From: a virus
Lineage: Duplodnaviria > Caudoviricetes
DNA: 25,527 nucleotides
IMG/VR virus record: IMGVR_UViG_3300044217_004145
Span: 1 to 25,527 of that record
Direction: 5' to 3' (one strand)
The notes below the pieces were generated by a model, which did not search any database, was not told where the DNA came from, and saw nothing but the letters and a program-made list of their open reading frames with translations. How positions within the stretch are numbered: position 1 is the stretch's first letter; the number at the start of each line of letters is the position of its first letter. The position numbers were made by a program, and so were the translations under genes. This document shows positions 9,601-18,700 of this stretch, piece by piece.

Positions 9601-11814
9601 ACAATCGGTTGAATTTTGAGTTCTACAAATATAACTCCAAGGATACCACGTTCCACTACTACTTAAACTGTTACTGAAAACTTGAAACGGACTGACACCA
9701 CCCACACTTAGTTCAGCATTTGTTCTAAGTTTATCATAATAATATTGTGCGGCATCGAGATTTAGTGTTTCATAAGTAGGACCACCTGAAAATTGATTTT
9801 GATAACCTAAAAGAATTCCAGTGCTGTTATACAGTCCACATGGGTCTGCGTCACATCCTCTGTCACCCTCAACAAAAACATCACAGCCGGTGCTTGGGCA
9901 CTCTGATGACAAAGCAACATTTTCACACTCTCTGAATGTATATTTGAAAAGTTTACCGGCAATTGAAACTGATGCCTCTCTCTGTCGGCAACAGGATCCC
10001 GCAACCCCAAAACAACAGTTTGTTGTTTCACACAAGGTTCCGTCACCTTGGAAAATACCACCAAGAGCAACACAATCTTGATATGAAAGAGGATTCCCGT
10101 CCTCATCTGTGTCTTTACACTCACCAACAGTTAAATCAACATCGGCTGTGCTTCCTGCTTCAATGCCACCCGCCGGTATACAACACGCACCAAATCTTTC
10201 AATCGACTTACAGCATGTGAAGTTTGGATCTGTGATGTCACCATCTTCACAAACTAATGGAATACCTCCATTTTCTGACGCCGGAATTGATGTTCCACCA
10301 TAGTAAACTTCACATTGAATTCGTGTAATTTTATCACCAATACATACACCGTTTACACAACAAGGAAGAGTCGCTGGAATTTCCTCTGGAGCGTCACCGA
10401 ATGGATCTTCAATCTCAACAGTTTCACAATAATCCCAACAGAATCTTCCCTCCTCAAGATTTTCATCATAATTTAGTCCCTCTGGATCGAATGGTTGCAC
10501 AGTGCCATCGGGAAGGGTTATGACTCCGCTGCCATTTGAGTCAACATCACAAAGAATGTCTGGGAAATAAGTTCCTCCCATATATTCACAAATGTATGAG
10601 TTTACACCCGACGAGCAATCACCCTCAGAACAACACACACCTCCGGCAACACCACATGTTTGTTCACACGACAACATAGCATTAAATACACCACCGATTG
10701 CCTCACAATCGACTTGTTTGGAATAGTCGGTGCAAAAGAATTCACCATCGGGATCAATGTAGCAGCAAGAGCCTGGTGTGTCACCAGACGATGCACAGTC
10801 TCCAATACCATGACCTCTAGAGGTAAATATGGCGTTCCAATTATTTCCACCATCATCACTTTGAATGGTTAATATGTCTGTTCCACATGAGAAAGTATTT
10901 TCACCATCTTCAAATTTAACCGACTCTGGAAATTTCCAAACATCTCCACCCTCAACAATGATTGTTTTTGATACTCTCGTTCCTGAATTGAAACTACCAG
11001 TAAACCCAGCGATGCCAACAGGAGAAATGAGTTTCAAGAAGTCTGTTGAGTTTAAGTCAACGATTACTCCCGTCGTTACACCTTGAGTAAAATCGCTTGG
11101 ACCGAATGGACCGATTGTTACGGTTCCTGATTGTGAAATTACACCCTCGATATTACCTGCGTATTGAGGATCAACATCAGAGCCAATTGTTCTCTTCACA
11201 AGACCTGCGGTATATCCACCAGATGAAAAATCAAAAATGGGATCTGAATTTATGGTTGATGATGTTGCGATTCGTGTGCTTTTTACCGACTCAGGGTTTT
11301 CAAAATATGCTAAAGTATCCGCAACTGGATCCGTGGTGACATTTACTGGACTTGTTTGAATTGTTGATGAAATCATCACGGTATCACCGATCATTTCAGC
11401 AACCAAACTTCCGCTTCCGTCAATGGTTCTTATGTCATAAGTAAAACCATCAACACCCGCCGCAAGAGAGATACCCGCAGCACCCACAGACTCCAAACCT
11501 GCCGTTCTACCAAACCCAGTTGAACCAAAGAAAACAGTGTCCGCACCAAAAAGTTCATTTATTTTAACAATTGTTTCTGAGTCAGATGAAAATTTTCTTG
11601 TGTTAAAATCAAGAATAAAGTTTTCTCCGAAAGTTCCTCCGGGGAAAACTCTGGTGATACTTTCAATTATGTCTCCGGTTAAACCTCTTGTTCCTGTTCC
11701 TCCAGTTGGGCCAATAGGACCAAAACCACCACTAAATCCCGTTGGACCTAATGGACCTGTAAAACCAAAAATTGGTTTTGGATTTATCGTGCTACTACCA
11801 TAAATTACTGGCAT
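6676..11814 (-). CDS. Giant collagen-like, Cys-rich, Pro-linker fibre protein
   Basis: 1712 aa; MPVIYGSS plus 11 Gly-X-Y triplets; tail-fibre-like WKFP...D.LTIQSDDGGNNW segment; multiple GxCC repeats; polyproline tract; unrecognised C-terminal ~690 aa. Confidence 0.8.
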   Translation of the reverse strand: MPVIYGSSTINPKPIFGFTGPLGPTGFSGGFGPIGPTGGTGTRGLTGDIIESITRVFPGGTFGENFILDFNTRKFSSDSETIVKINELFGADTVFFGSTGFGRTAGLESVGAAGISLAAGVDGFTYDIRTIDGSGSLVAEMIGDTVMISSTIQTSPVNVTTDPVADTLAYFENPESVKSTRIATSSTINSDPIFDFSSGGYTAGLVKRTIGSDVDPQYAGNIEGVISQSGTVTIGPFGPSDFTQGVTTGVIVDLNSTDFLKLISPVGIAGFTGSFNSGTRVSKTIIVEGGDVWKFPESVKFEDGENTFSCGTDILTIQSDDGGNNWNAIFTSRGHGIGDCASSGDTPGSCCYIDPDGEFFCTDYSKQVDCEAIGGVFNAMLSCEQTCGVAGGVCCSEGDCSSGVNSYICEYMGGTYFPDILCDVDSNGSGVITLPDGTVQPFDPEGLNYDENLEEGRFCWDYCETVEIEDPFGDAPEEIPATLPCCVNGVCIGDKITRIQCEVYYGGTSIPASENGGIPLVCEDGDITDPNFTCCKSIERFGACCIPAGGIEAGSTADVDLTVGECKDTDEDGNPLSYQDCVALGGIFQGDGTLCETTNCCFGVAGSCCRQREASVSIAGKLFKYTFRECENVALSSECPSTGCDVFVEGDRGCDADPCGLYNSTGILLGYQNQFSGGPTYETLNLDAAQYYYDKLRTNAELSVGGVSPFQVFSNSLSSSGTWYPWSYICRTQNSTDCCLETPCTSQVCCPPKSFHDLYQIMLDFQQDSQENCQLYGGCNPLPPPPGSGSSLIQKEVFTFGADGSFWFNQGRLGYYSQYSDPTNAVRERSNAHSDPQWNNEGRAAVEVVFGQGVLAIPQFYYYPEDASSPENILRDALPQFGRCCANGNSGFCTNSTEEWCDCFGGDTARWFPRRFCENSACSFGPPPGPGPSPSPSPSPPPSPPPSPPPSPPPAPPPAPPPAPPPAPPPTPTSPPGPGPGPGPGPGPGPEPTSPPSASPPGPPPAPPPAPPPPPAPPPSPPPPQRSCIVEYGSNIMQQMAEATAWVKSRYPDNIKTHTSSDSFRTCSAAGLLGYDPFCVCGPPCPSPESAGGQPCSEQDPPPSNYSCGDWDSQPWPCADDVGDICGSQGPLCQLANSSTPAGQAYESGDMMYISDLQGGEVVKIEAAPRMLRFRVDATGSPDFLIGFQGFQTFREQFQSVFPRTRNSVENFPRIAAGVFPWRNPILPGTFNPCNGQEDLINNDDVPDNNNAFERGARFYWDTGFTLFARTGQVGGVDGDVCASNYNELQQYDNISINFHSSPIRKVINVQGAADQVDLSVACSCLQDKLIQIPHQFIGNVTDPFYAYPANGNEEASPDSEFLNTVAPITISIGSYQQNFTFGGTILDPQAQTYLKTEFEFPTSAVGGGRARCADQPRGVGSPISRFESWDVTAYAADEQDQREIRPRPGGGSPEEYVGGSDSFCPDRLVFGAVGNSTAYLNVYRVYDDSFGYYSESCAAGLRVAERPNDGLTVSTTSNVDNFTSSGRKARVGKGIAAGIGESFSSYVPQSPPWTPPPQNTSFGSMQQRYCDGSKCRSFDPSDGSACWAFLPGSFVGPYFQLSQNPGDDPNSWPYNNDACDTCSSNNPFTAYQSNNTNGDNPFVPVQPRSNAFPNIHDTRFFVNKYYGVDADKVAPLNYLADKIVDGECVTMLCPNNNDSDNYCLQLQDCVS
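8743..9039 (-). repeat. GC-rich low-complexity tandem repeat encoding Pro-rich linker (PPPS/PPPA/PG units)
   Basis: Imperfect 12-nt (e.g. GGTGGTGCCGGT) and 6-nt (GGACCT/GGACCC) units on the + strand, in frame in the 1712-aa ORF. Confidence 0.95.
9840..10775 (-). repeat. Tandem GxCC Cys-rich protein repeats
   Basis: GSCC..CEAIGGVF; GVCC..CEYMGGTY; LPCC..CEVYYGG; GACC..CVALGGIFQGDGTLC; GSCC.. in the 1712-aa ORF. Confidence 0.85.
11668..11766 (-). repeat. Collagen-like (Gly-X-Y)11
   Basis: GFT GPL GPT GFS GGF GPI GPT GGT GTR GLT GDI. Confidence 0.9.
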
Positions 11815-14800
11815 TAATTATTTAACTCCGGACAATTACAAGTTCTACAGTTATAACAATCACCATTGTTATCATCAATATATTTAGACAAATGATTATC
11901 GTACTCACAATCTTTTGTCGTTGTAAATAACGGAATTCTTCTTACAGGTCTAACACCGGCAGCGGTTGTTGATCTGTAAAAACTTGAAACAAGTCCGGAG
12001 ATAAAACTTTGAGTGAACGCTCTGTGTGCGTGAGAGGTATGGCCTTGATTTGTTGATGATAATTCTGGATCATGTGTTTCAACCGGACTGAAATCTTTCG
12101 CATTACAATCTGAATTACGGGCAGCAGTATATCTCGCTCCAGTGGTAGACGACCAGTAATTGTTCTCTGTCATCGGACTCATGTTTTCTCTGAGTAACGC
12201 TGCGTTAAGCATGTTTACGTTTCCATAGACGTACATTAATTCAACGATGCTTGGAATGTACCAGTCGTTGTAACCAAATTTATTTTCTTCATTCCAATTT
12301 GACACCAATCTCATCGCAGAGTTTTGTGCGTTTTCGCTTTCCCAAAGATCAGCATATTTTTCTTTGAAGTAGTCTTTATTAGTTTCGGCTAAAGTTTGAT
12401 CAACTGAGGGATCCCATGCGTTATATCTCTCATGATTCCAACGAAGATATGCGTGTTCGTCTTTATTTTCATCATCTTCAATAAACCAAGGAAGCCATTC
12501 TTTGCTGGATGAGTCAAACATTCTTGTTCCAATCAGTCCATCGAGGAATGGTGAACCAACATAGACACCATCTTCAACAACGTCAGAAGAATTTGCATCG
12601 TAATTTGATTGTCTCAGTCCCCATGAAAGCAATCCGTTATCATTAAAACTTAAATCCTCTGGTGCAATCACAAGTGCCCATTTTCTTTGAATTACATCAT
12701 CGTTATAATATTTTTCAGCAAAATCATAGTATTGTCTTACGACTTCGTAATTTTGTGTGCGAACAGATTCTGTTTGAGAAAGATGTCGTTTGAAAGGCAT
12801 TTCATATAAGTTGTAATTATATGGTGCGATAACATTTCGAGCACAACTATCTGGATCACTGATACACTCAGATGGCAATAAAGAAAACGGCATCACGCTA
12901 TCGCAATAGCATGGCCCGTTGTTTTCATATTTTGCATTTACACCTGAGTTAATAAAGAACGTGGTTGGTTGTGTTGAAAATTCTCTTAGACAACTAATAC
13001 ATCCACCCTCACCCGGATTTCCCATCGCTGATGCGTTATACCCATGAACAAGGCAGAAAGGATTTTCACCTTTCGCATAAATTGTTCCATAATCATTTGG
13101 CTCACCAATTACACCAAGAAGAATACCACCAGCGAACACATCACCTGGCTTGAAATTCTCCGTTGGGTTTACATTAACAGAACACAAACCTCTTTCGGCA
13201 TCTCTTGGTATAAATTCAGTGTTTTCTGGATCTGTAAGTTCTAATAATCCCGGATCCTTTTCACAACACTCTGTTGTCGCACAGGTTGAATTGTTTCCTT
13301 GGAAAACTCCTAACTCAACATTACACTGATACGGAGTATAGTCATCTCTACACTCAGCCTGAAAACAACAAGCACCTTTATACTCTTCCTGTAAACAACA
13401 GTTAACGGTGTCACAACTTCCGTTAAAGAACACACCACCTAAGATATCACATTCAGCGAGAACTGCGTCAATGCAAACCCCGTTAACACAACAAGCACCA
13501 GTTAAACATGGATCAGGACACTCTATGATTTCAGAGGCAACTTTTCCGGGGAAGAAAATTCCATTAAATCTTTCACAAACTTCTGAGTTGGAATTAACAA
13601 CTTGATTGTTAACACAACACGCTCCCTCGAAAGAGCAATTGCTTCCCTCATCTCTGAAAAGACATGCAGTATTTTCTGCAAAACTACCACCAATACCATC
13701 ACAATATTCTTTGGAAACATAATCACCACAAGCATTTCTGTAAAATGGCTCAATATCAGTCTCCTCACAGAAACAACATGAACCAAACCCACCAGAGTAA
13801 ATTTCATATGTGCTGTTCATATTTTCAGGTAATGAGTATTCTCTGAAAGATATCACAACAGGTGTATCATCACCCGTTGCTCCAAGATTAATTACAGGAA
13901 TAATCCCACTGTTTGAATTGCCAGATAAATCTCGATCATCATAAAAAGCGTGTAATGATTTTCCACCAGTTTTTCCGTCCTCATTCTTAGGATATTCAAA
14001 CTGTGTGTCTGACAAAACCTCTGGTGTAAAGAATAAATTTTTGTACGTTATGTTTTTATTTGTTAATTCTAAACTTTCCTGTAAAACATTAAGATTTACT
14101 GAAAGGTTTTTATCGTCGGTATAAAAACTGCCGGGTAATCCAAAACCAGAGCCGGTTTTTGCTGCATAAACAATTTCACCAGTGTTGCCTGCTAATCCAC
14201 CTAATTGTGGCTCGATTCCATATATGTTTAAAGTTTCCGCAACCCCACCAGTGAAACTTGCTTGTCCTGAGACATTTAATTTTTTGAAGTTCGCAGTGAT
14301 TCCGGCAAATCCTGCAAAAACATCAATGCCCGTTGTTCCATCATCTAAACCTCTGAGATTGATTTCAAAATTATCTTGAAGTCCCACTGGGCCAGTTACA
14401 CCGAAGAATGCAATTTTTTCGGAGCCGGGAGTAACAGGTTTGGTGTACCGATATGGATGATCATCAGGTAGTTGATCAGTTATAAAATATTTGTGTGCGA
14501 GATAACCCTCTATTTTTCTAAGTGTATCATCGCTAATTAAGAAAATGTTACCCTTTCCTGTTGGATCAACCGCTGTTGTTGCTTTAACATATAGAATTTC
14601 AGAGATGACATAGGAGGAATAATTTCCTACAAATTCCTGTTGTTCTCCGAGCAAAAGAGCATCTCTACCCATATAAACAGGGTGATCCGTGACATGTTGA
14701 TAGGTTCTTCCGAGGTTTAATCCAGCGGCATTTTCACTATTATCGTTTAAAAGTCCCTCTTTGCCTCTGTCTCCATCGAACAAAGCATAGGCATAATGAT

Positions 14801-15797
14801 CATTAAATGAAGTTATTGGATTAAGTCCCGCATCTTCATAACCTGTTTTTTGATCCGATAATCTCCAAAAAATACCACCAATGTGTGCGTTCGGACTTAA
14901 AATATTACCAGTTAAAAGATCAGTTCCATCTGGTGTTAAGACCCCTCCGATATAGCCAGAGTATCTTAATTGAGTATTTGTAAAACCCAAACTTAAATCA
15001 TTGATTGTCAACTCAGTATCAACCAGACCGGGAAGATCAACTAATCCCGGTGGATAGAGATAGTTGTAAACAGACCATGTGTAGTTCTTTCCGGTGCCTG
15101 GAGTTGCGGTTTCATCAACCTTTCTGAAAACAGCATAATTGCTTTCACCAATGGTGTACAGAGTCCCCGTACCGCCGGGAAAAGCACTTGGTTCAAACGG
15201 CGTTAAAAATGGATAGTTTGGATATCCTTCACGACCGGTTTGCGTTATTGTTTGACCGTCACTGTTTGTGTAAGTAATAAAACCATCATCATAAATATTT
15301 TTATGAATGGCAATAAAGATCATATCTTTATTTTGTTCTATATTAAATTTGTCTTTACATTCAGTGGTGTCACATAAAAGATAATTTTCATTTCTTTGAT
15401 CGAAGAAAAAAGCGTCTGTCTGAAGACCACCCATTTTTACATTTACTTTTGTGGGTCCAACGACACCGTGAGGTGTTCCAAAATTCAGATCACTATAATC
15501 ACTACTATTATTCCAACCAGAACCAACTCCGGATCCACTTAAACCCGATGGCTCGTACCATGCGATTAGATCATCACCGAGATCAGATGGTTTCCACAAT
15601 CCACCAAATGAAACGGTGACACTCTTGTCATCGGAGGTCATTCCAGAAACAAAAAGTCCTTGTGATCCTATGGGACCAGTAAATCCAACTGGACCTGTTG
15701 CACCCGTGGCTCCAGTGGCTCCTGTTGGACCTGGGGGCCCATCGTTCCCACGGAACCTAGCGTCTCCTATTGTGCTGCTACCGTAAATGAAAACCAT
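11814..15797 (-). CDS. Giant collagen-like fibre protein with LamG-like insert, GACC repeats and DUF1566/Lcl-like C-terminal domain
   Basis: 1327 aa; MVFIYGSS plus 11 triplets; WKPSDL..IAWY...EGYLAHKY..LPDDHPY domain; four GxCC repeats; PGDVFAGG...DWYIPSIVEL...YWSST...VRPVRRI. Confidence 0.8.
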   Translation of the reverse strand: MVFIYGSSTIGDARFRGNDGPPGPTGATGATGATGPVGFTGPIGSQGLFVSGMTSDDKSVTVSFGGLWKPSDLGDDLIAWYEPSGLSGSGVGSGWNNSSDYSDLNFGTPHGVVGPTKVNVKMGGLQTDAFFFDQRNENYLLCDTTECKDKFNIEQNKDMIFIAIHKNIYDDGFITYTNSDGQTITQTGREGYPNYPFLTPFEPSAFPGGTGTLYTIGESNYAVFRKVDETATPGTGKNYTWSVYNYLYPPGLVDLPGLVDTELTINDLSLGFTNTQLRYSGYIGGVLTPDGTDLLTGNILSPNAHIGGIFWRLSDQKTGYEDAGLNPITSFNDHYAYALFDGDRGKEGLLNDNSENAAGLNLGRTYQHVTDHPVYMGRDALLLGEQQEFVGNYSSYVISEILYVKATTAVDPTGKGNIFLISDDTLRKIEGYLAHKYFITDQLPDDHPYRYTKPVTPGSEKIAFFGVTGPVGLQDNFEINLRGLDDGTTGIDVFAGFAGITANFKKLNVSGQASFTGGVAETLNIYGIEPQLGGLAGNTGEIVYAAKTGSGFGLPGSFYTDDKNLSVNLNVLQESLELTNKNITYKNLFFTPEVLSDTQFEYPKNEDGKTGGKSLHAFYDDRDLSGNSNSGIIPVINLGATGDDTPVVISFREYSLPENMNSTYEIYSGGFGSCCFCEETDIEPFYRNACGDYVSKEYCDGIGGSFAENTACLFRDEGSNCSFEGACCVNNQVVNSNSEVCERFNGIFFPGKVASEIIECPDPCLTGACCVNGVCIDAVLAECDILGGVFFNGSCDTVNCCLQEEYKGACCFQAECRDDYTPYQCNVELGVFQGNNSTCATTECCEKDPGLLELTDPENTEFIPRDAERGLCSVNVNPTENFKPGDVFAGGILLGVIGEPNDYGTIYAKGENPFCLVHGYNASAMGNPGEGGCISCLREFSTQPTTFFINSGVNAKYENNGPCYCDSVMPFSLLPSECISDPDSCARNVIAPYNYNLYEMPFKRHLSQTESVRTQNYEVVRQYYDFAEKYYNDDVIQRKWALVIAPEDLSFNDNGLLSWGLRQSNYDANSSDVVEDGVYVGSPFLDGLIGTRMFDSSSKEWLPWFIEDDENKDEHAYLRWNHERYNAWDPSVDQTLAETNKDYFKEKYADLWESENAQNSAMRLVSNWNEENKFGYNDWYIPSIVELMYVYGNVNMLNAALLRENMSPMTENNYWSSTTGARYTAARNSDCNAKDFSPVETHDPELSSTNQGHTSHAHRAFTQSFISGLVSSFYRSTTAAGVRPVRRIPLFTTTKDCEYDNHLSKYIDDNNGDCYNCRTCNCPELNN
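13262..13783 (-). repeat. Four tandem G(S/A)CC Cys-rich repeats
   Basis: GSCCFC..CDGIGGSF; GACCVNN..CERFNGIF; GACCVNG..CDILGGVF; GACCFQA..CNVELGVFQGNNSTC. Confidence 0.9.
15651..15749 (-). repeat. Collagen-like (Gly-X-Y)11
   Basis: GND GPP GPT GAT GAT GAT GPV GFT GPI GSQ GLF. Confidence 0.9.
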
Positions 15798-15799
15798 AT

Positions 15800-18700
15800 T
15801 TAATAACCTGTGGAGTAACCTGTGGATCTAGATTGCATACTAGAAGTTGATGTTGTCGATGCCGATGTATTTATATTCGTTTGTGTGGTTCGCTGTTGCA
15901 TGATAACACTTGTTTCCGATGTTTCACTCGGTTCAGTCGGTCGTGCAAAATGTCTTTCGTATGATCTCGGACAACTAGATCCATCACCACCATATGTTGC
16001 GTTCAAGTAATTTACACAATTATATTTTGATGTCACAAAACAAGATCCATCACGAAGAGTGCATGAGCCATATGATGAAGAATTAAAGTAGGTTCCAAGT
16101 TGAGGATCTCCACCCTCGTCGGCAAACAATCCACGGTGAATAAATCCATCATTGAAAATATTCGCTGCTCTTTCTGAACCACTCGTATAAGAGAACATGA
16201 AATGATGTTCATTTATATTTGCTTCGTTGCCCGGAATATTTAAATATGGCATATACCAAAGTCTTGCATTGTTGTCAATGTATGGACCGGGTTTATTGAA
16301 GTTACAATTTCCGAGGTGACAATGATATCCTGCTTTCGGATATCTGCCGTCAACTCTAATGAGTCGAATCGCTCGAACTTTCGCTGTATAATCTGTTTTG
16401 TTTCTTTTGTGCGTTCTAAAGAAGAACTCCAGTTGGAATGGTTCAAGTATGGTAGGATTATTTGGGAAAGATTGTGTCCATGCTTTTGTCATGTGTCCAC
16501 GAATTGTTGGATTGTCCGCAGTTTGACCTGGTCGATTATTGAAAATTTCTAAAGTAAGACCAGTATAAAGTGCAGTCGCAGTAATTCCTTTCGCACTATA
16601 CAATAGTCCCTCTCCTGTCTGGAGGTGATTTTTTTGTGCGGTAAAGGCATCTGTATTAATCGTATCACCAGTCACACCAATTGTTGTTTTCTCAGAGAAA
16701 TCAAACGCACCGGATGATGTCCAATATTCTCCGACCATCGGCTCTGCACCTGCAAGCATTAAACTATTACCTAAGTCATTGTCTATGAGTTGTCTTGCAA
16801 TCCAAGAGAGTTCGTCTGGACTTGGAATATACCAAGGTGACATGAATGGTGGGTTTGGGTATATGTAATTTGTTGTGGAGTCTCCACAGTATCTTTTAGG
16901 GCACGGTTGATTCTCAGTAAACGCTCTATCGTCGTTTGTATTTCTGATCGCACCAATGGCAGTTTTATCGTATGGAATCCCACCTGTGCCCGTGTTTGTA
17001 ACTTCACCAAACCAATACCTTCCGAGATACATGCTCTTGTTATATCGACTTAAAGTGGTGAGTCCATCAGCAAAAACATAATCATCGGGTGTTGGCACTG
17101 GGGGAAGTGCGGATCGTATATTTTGTATACTTCCGGCAGGGAAGAAATAATTTGGTGAGTTTGGACAACCGGGAACTCGAAGAGGAATGCTGTTGATACT
17201 AACATACTCGCAACCACATGAAATATTTAAATCTTCGCACAAGTACGTTCTACTTCCATCTGGTGCGATATAATCGTAAATTCCATTGCAGTTACTCGAT
17301 GCTGTTCCATTACATTTGTATTTGGAATCAACAAGAGCGTGGGCCATTCTTACGGAGTTGTGTAAGCCCCAGTTTCTATGCCATAATCCATTGTAGTCTG
17401 GACCAAGTTCATCTCTCACTTGATATTGACCACCTGCGGCAACTTTACTATAAAGTTTTTCGAGAGAGGTGGTGCCCCCACCCCTAGCAAGTTTCCAATC
17501 CGTTACAGAGTCTCTTCTTAATGAAGTTGGAGTGAACGGGATTCCTGCTGTTGCACCGTAACTAGTATCAAAGGTTTTTCTCCAGTGGCCCTCTTTGGTT
17601 GCAAATGCCGATCTGAAGTAGCCTCCATATTGACCACCCTCCAATATCGGTGGATTTGTTGTGTTTATTCCATCGTAACCCTCACGCACATCAATGTCCA
17701 AATACTTTTGTGAGCCAGGGTTTTGTATTTGTTGTTGTAATTCTCTGCCAATGTTTGTGATTGGTCCATAGTTGCTTCCAGTAAGACCCCAGTAAACATT
17801 CTTATCACCGTCTCTATCTTTAGCATCCTCTAGGGAGAGAATAACATACCAAGCGTCCTCTCGAACCTCTCCAAGATCATCATTTGGATATGAGAGTCCA
17901 TTAAAATATCTTCTTCCCTTTTTATCATTAAATCCATATCCGTGAAAATCATACTGACTTCTATAATATCCCGATCTTGGCTCTTCCTTTATGATTGACT
18001 CTGGAATTCTTGCTGAACCAAATGTATTTCCTGCTGGATAAACTTCAACGATATTTTTAGTTTCTTGATCGGATCTAACCTCACCATGTCCTGTATTACC
18101 ATAACAAAGAGATCCGTATGGATTAAAAATTCCAACAACGACACCACCCCCATATAACTGGCCTGGTTGAAGGAGAGGTGCGACTGTTCTGTCTCTATAA
18201 AAATCATACGACTGATCAGGATCGAAATTTATTCTACAAGTTGTTGTGTGACATTTACTGCCCTTACCGGCATACTTAGATCCAATTTCAATACAATGCT
18301 CTCCAGTTACACCATCCTCGCATGAATATCCGGTGCAACAAGCCCCAGTTCCACCCGAGCAGGTATCAGTTTCACAACGAATCCCTGTGCCTTGGAAGAA
18401 TCCTCCGCTTCGATCACATTCATATTTTGTTATTTCTGAACAACCACCTAAACCATCACAACATGCACCAATTAATTTTACAGAGGATAAACAATCAACA
18501 CAATCACATGGAGTATCAACTATGTTTAAATCGCAGTTGGGTAAAAAATCTTTAAAGTTTGTAAATGTGGAAACAATTCCCTCGGATCTACCAAAGGTTA
18601 AGCACTCGTCTGGTGTAAAGTAATTGAAACAATCTGTATCATTTGTTTCTTGATTTAAAATACAACATGGTCCATTCGCACTTATTCCACTACCCGTTGC

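Noticed and set aside
4667-18170. Diversity-generating retroelement targeting the DUF1566-like domains
   Set aside because: No reverse transcriptase, no non-coding template repeat and no near-identical ~100-nt repeat pair were seen in this window. A DGR elsewhere in the genome cannot be excluded.
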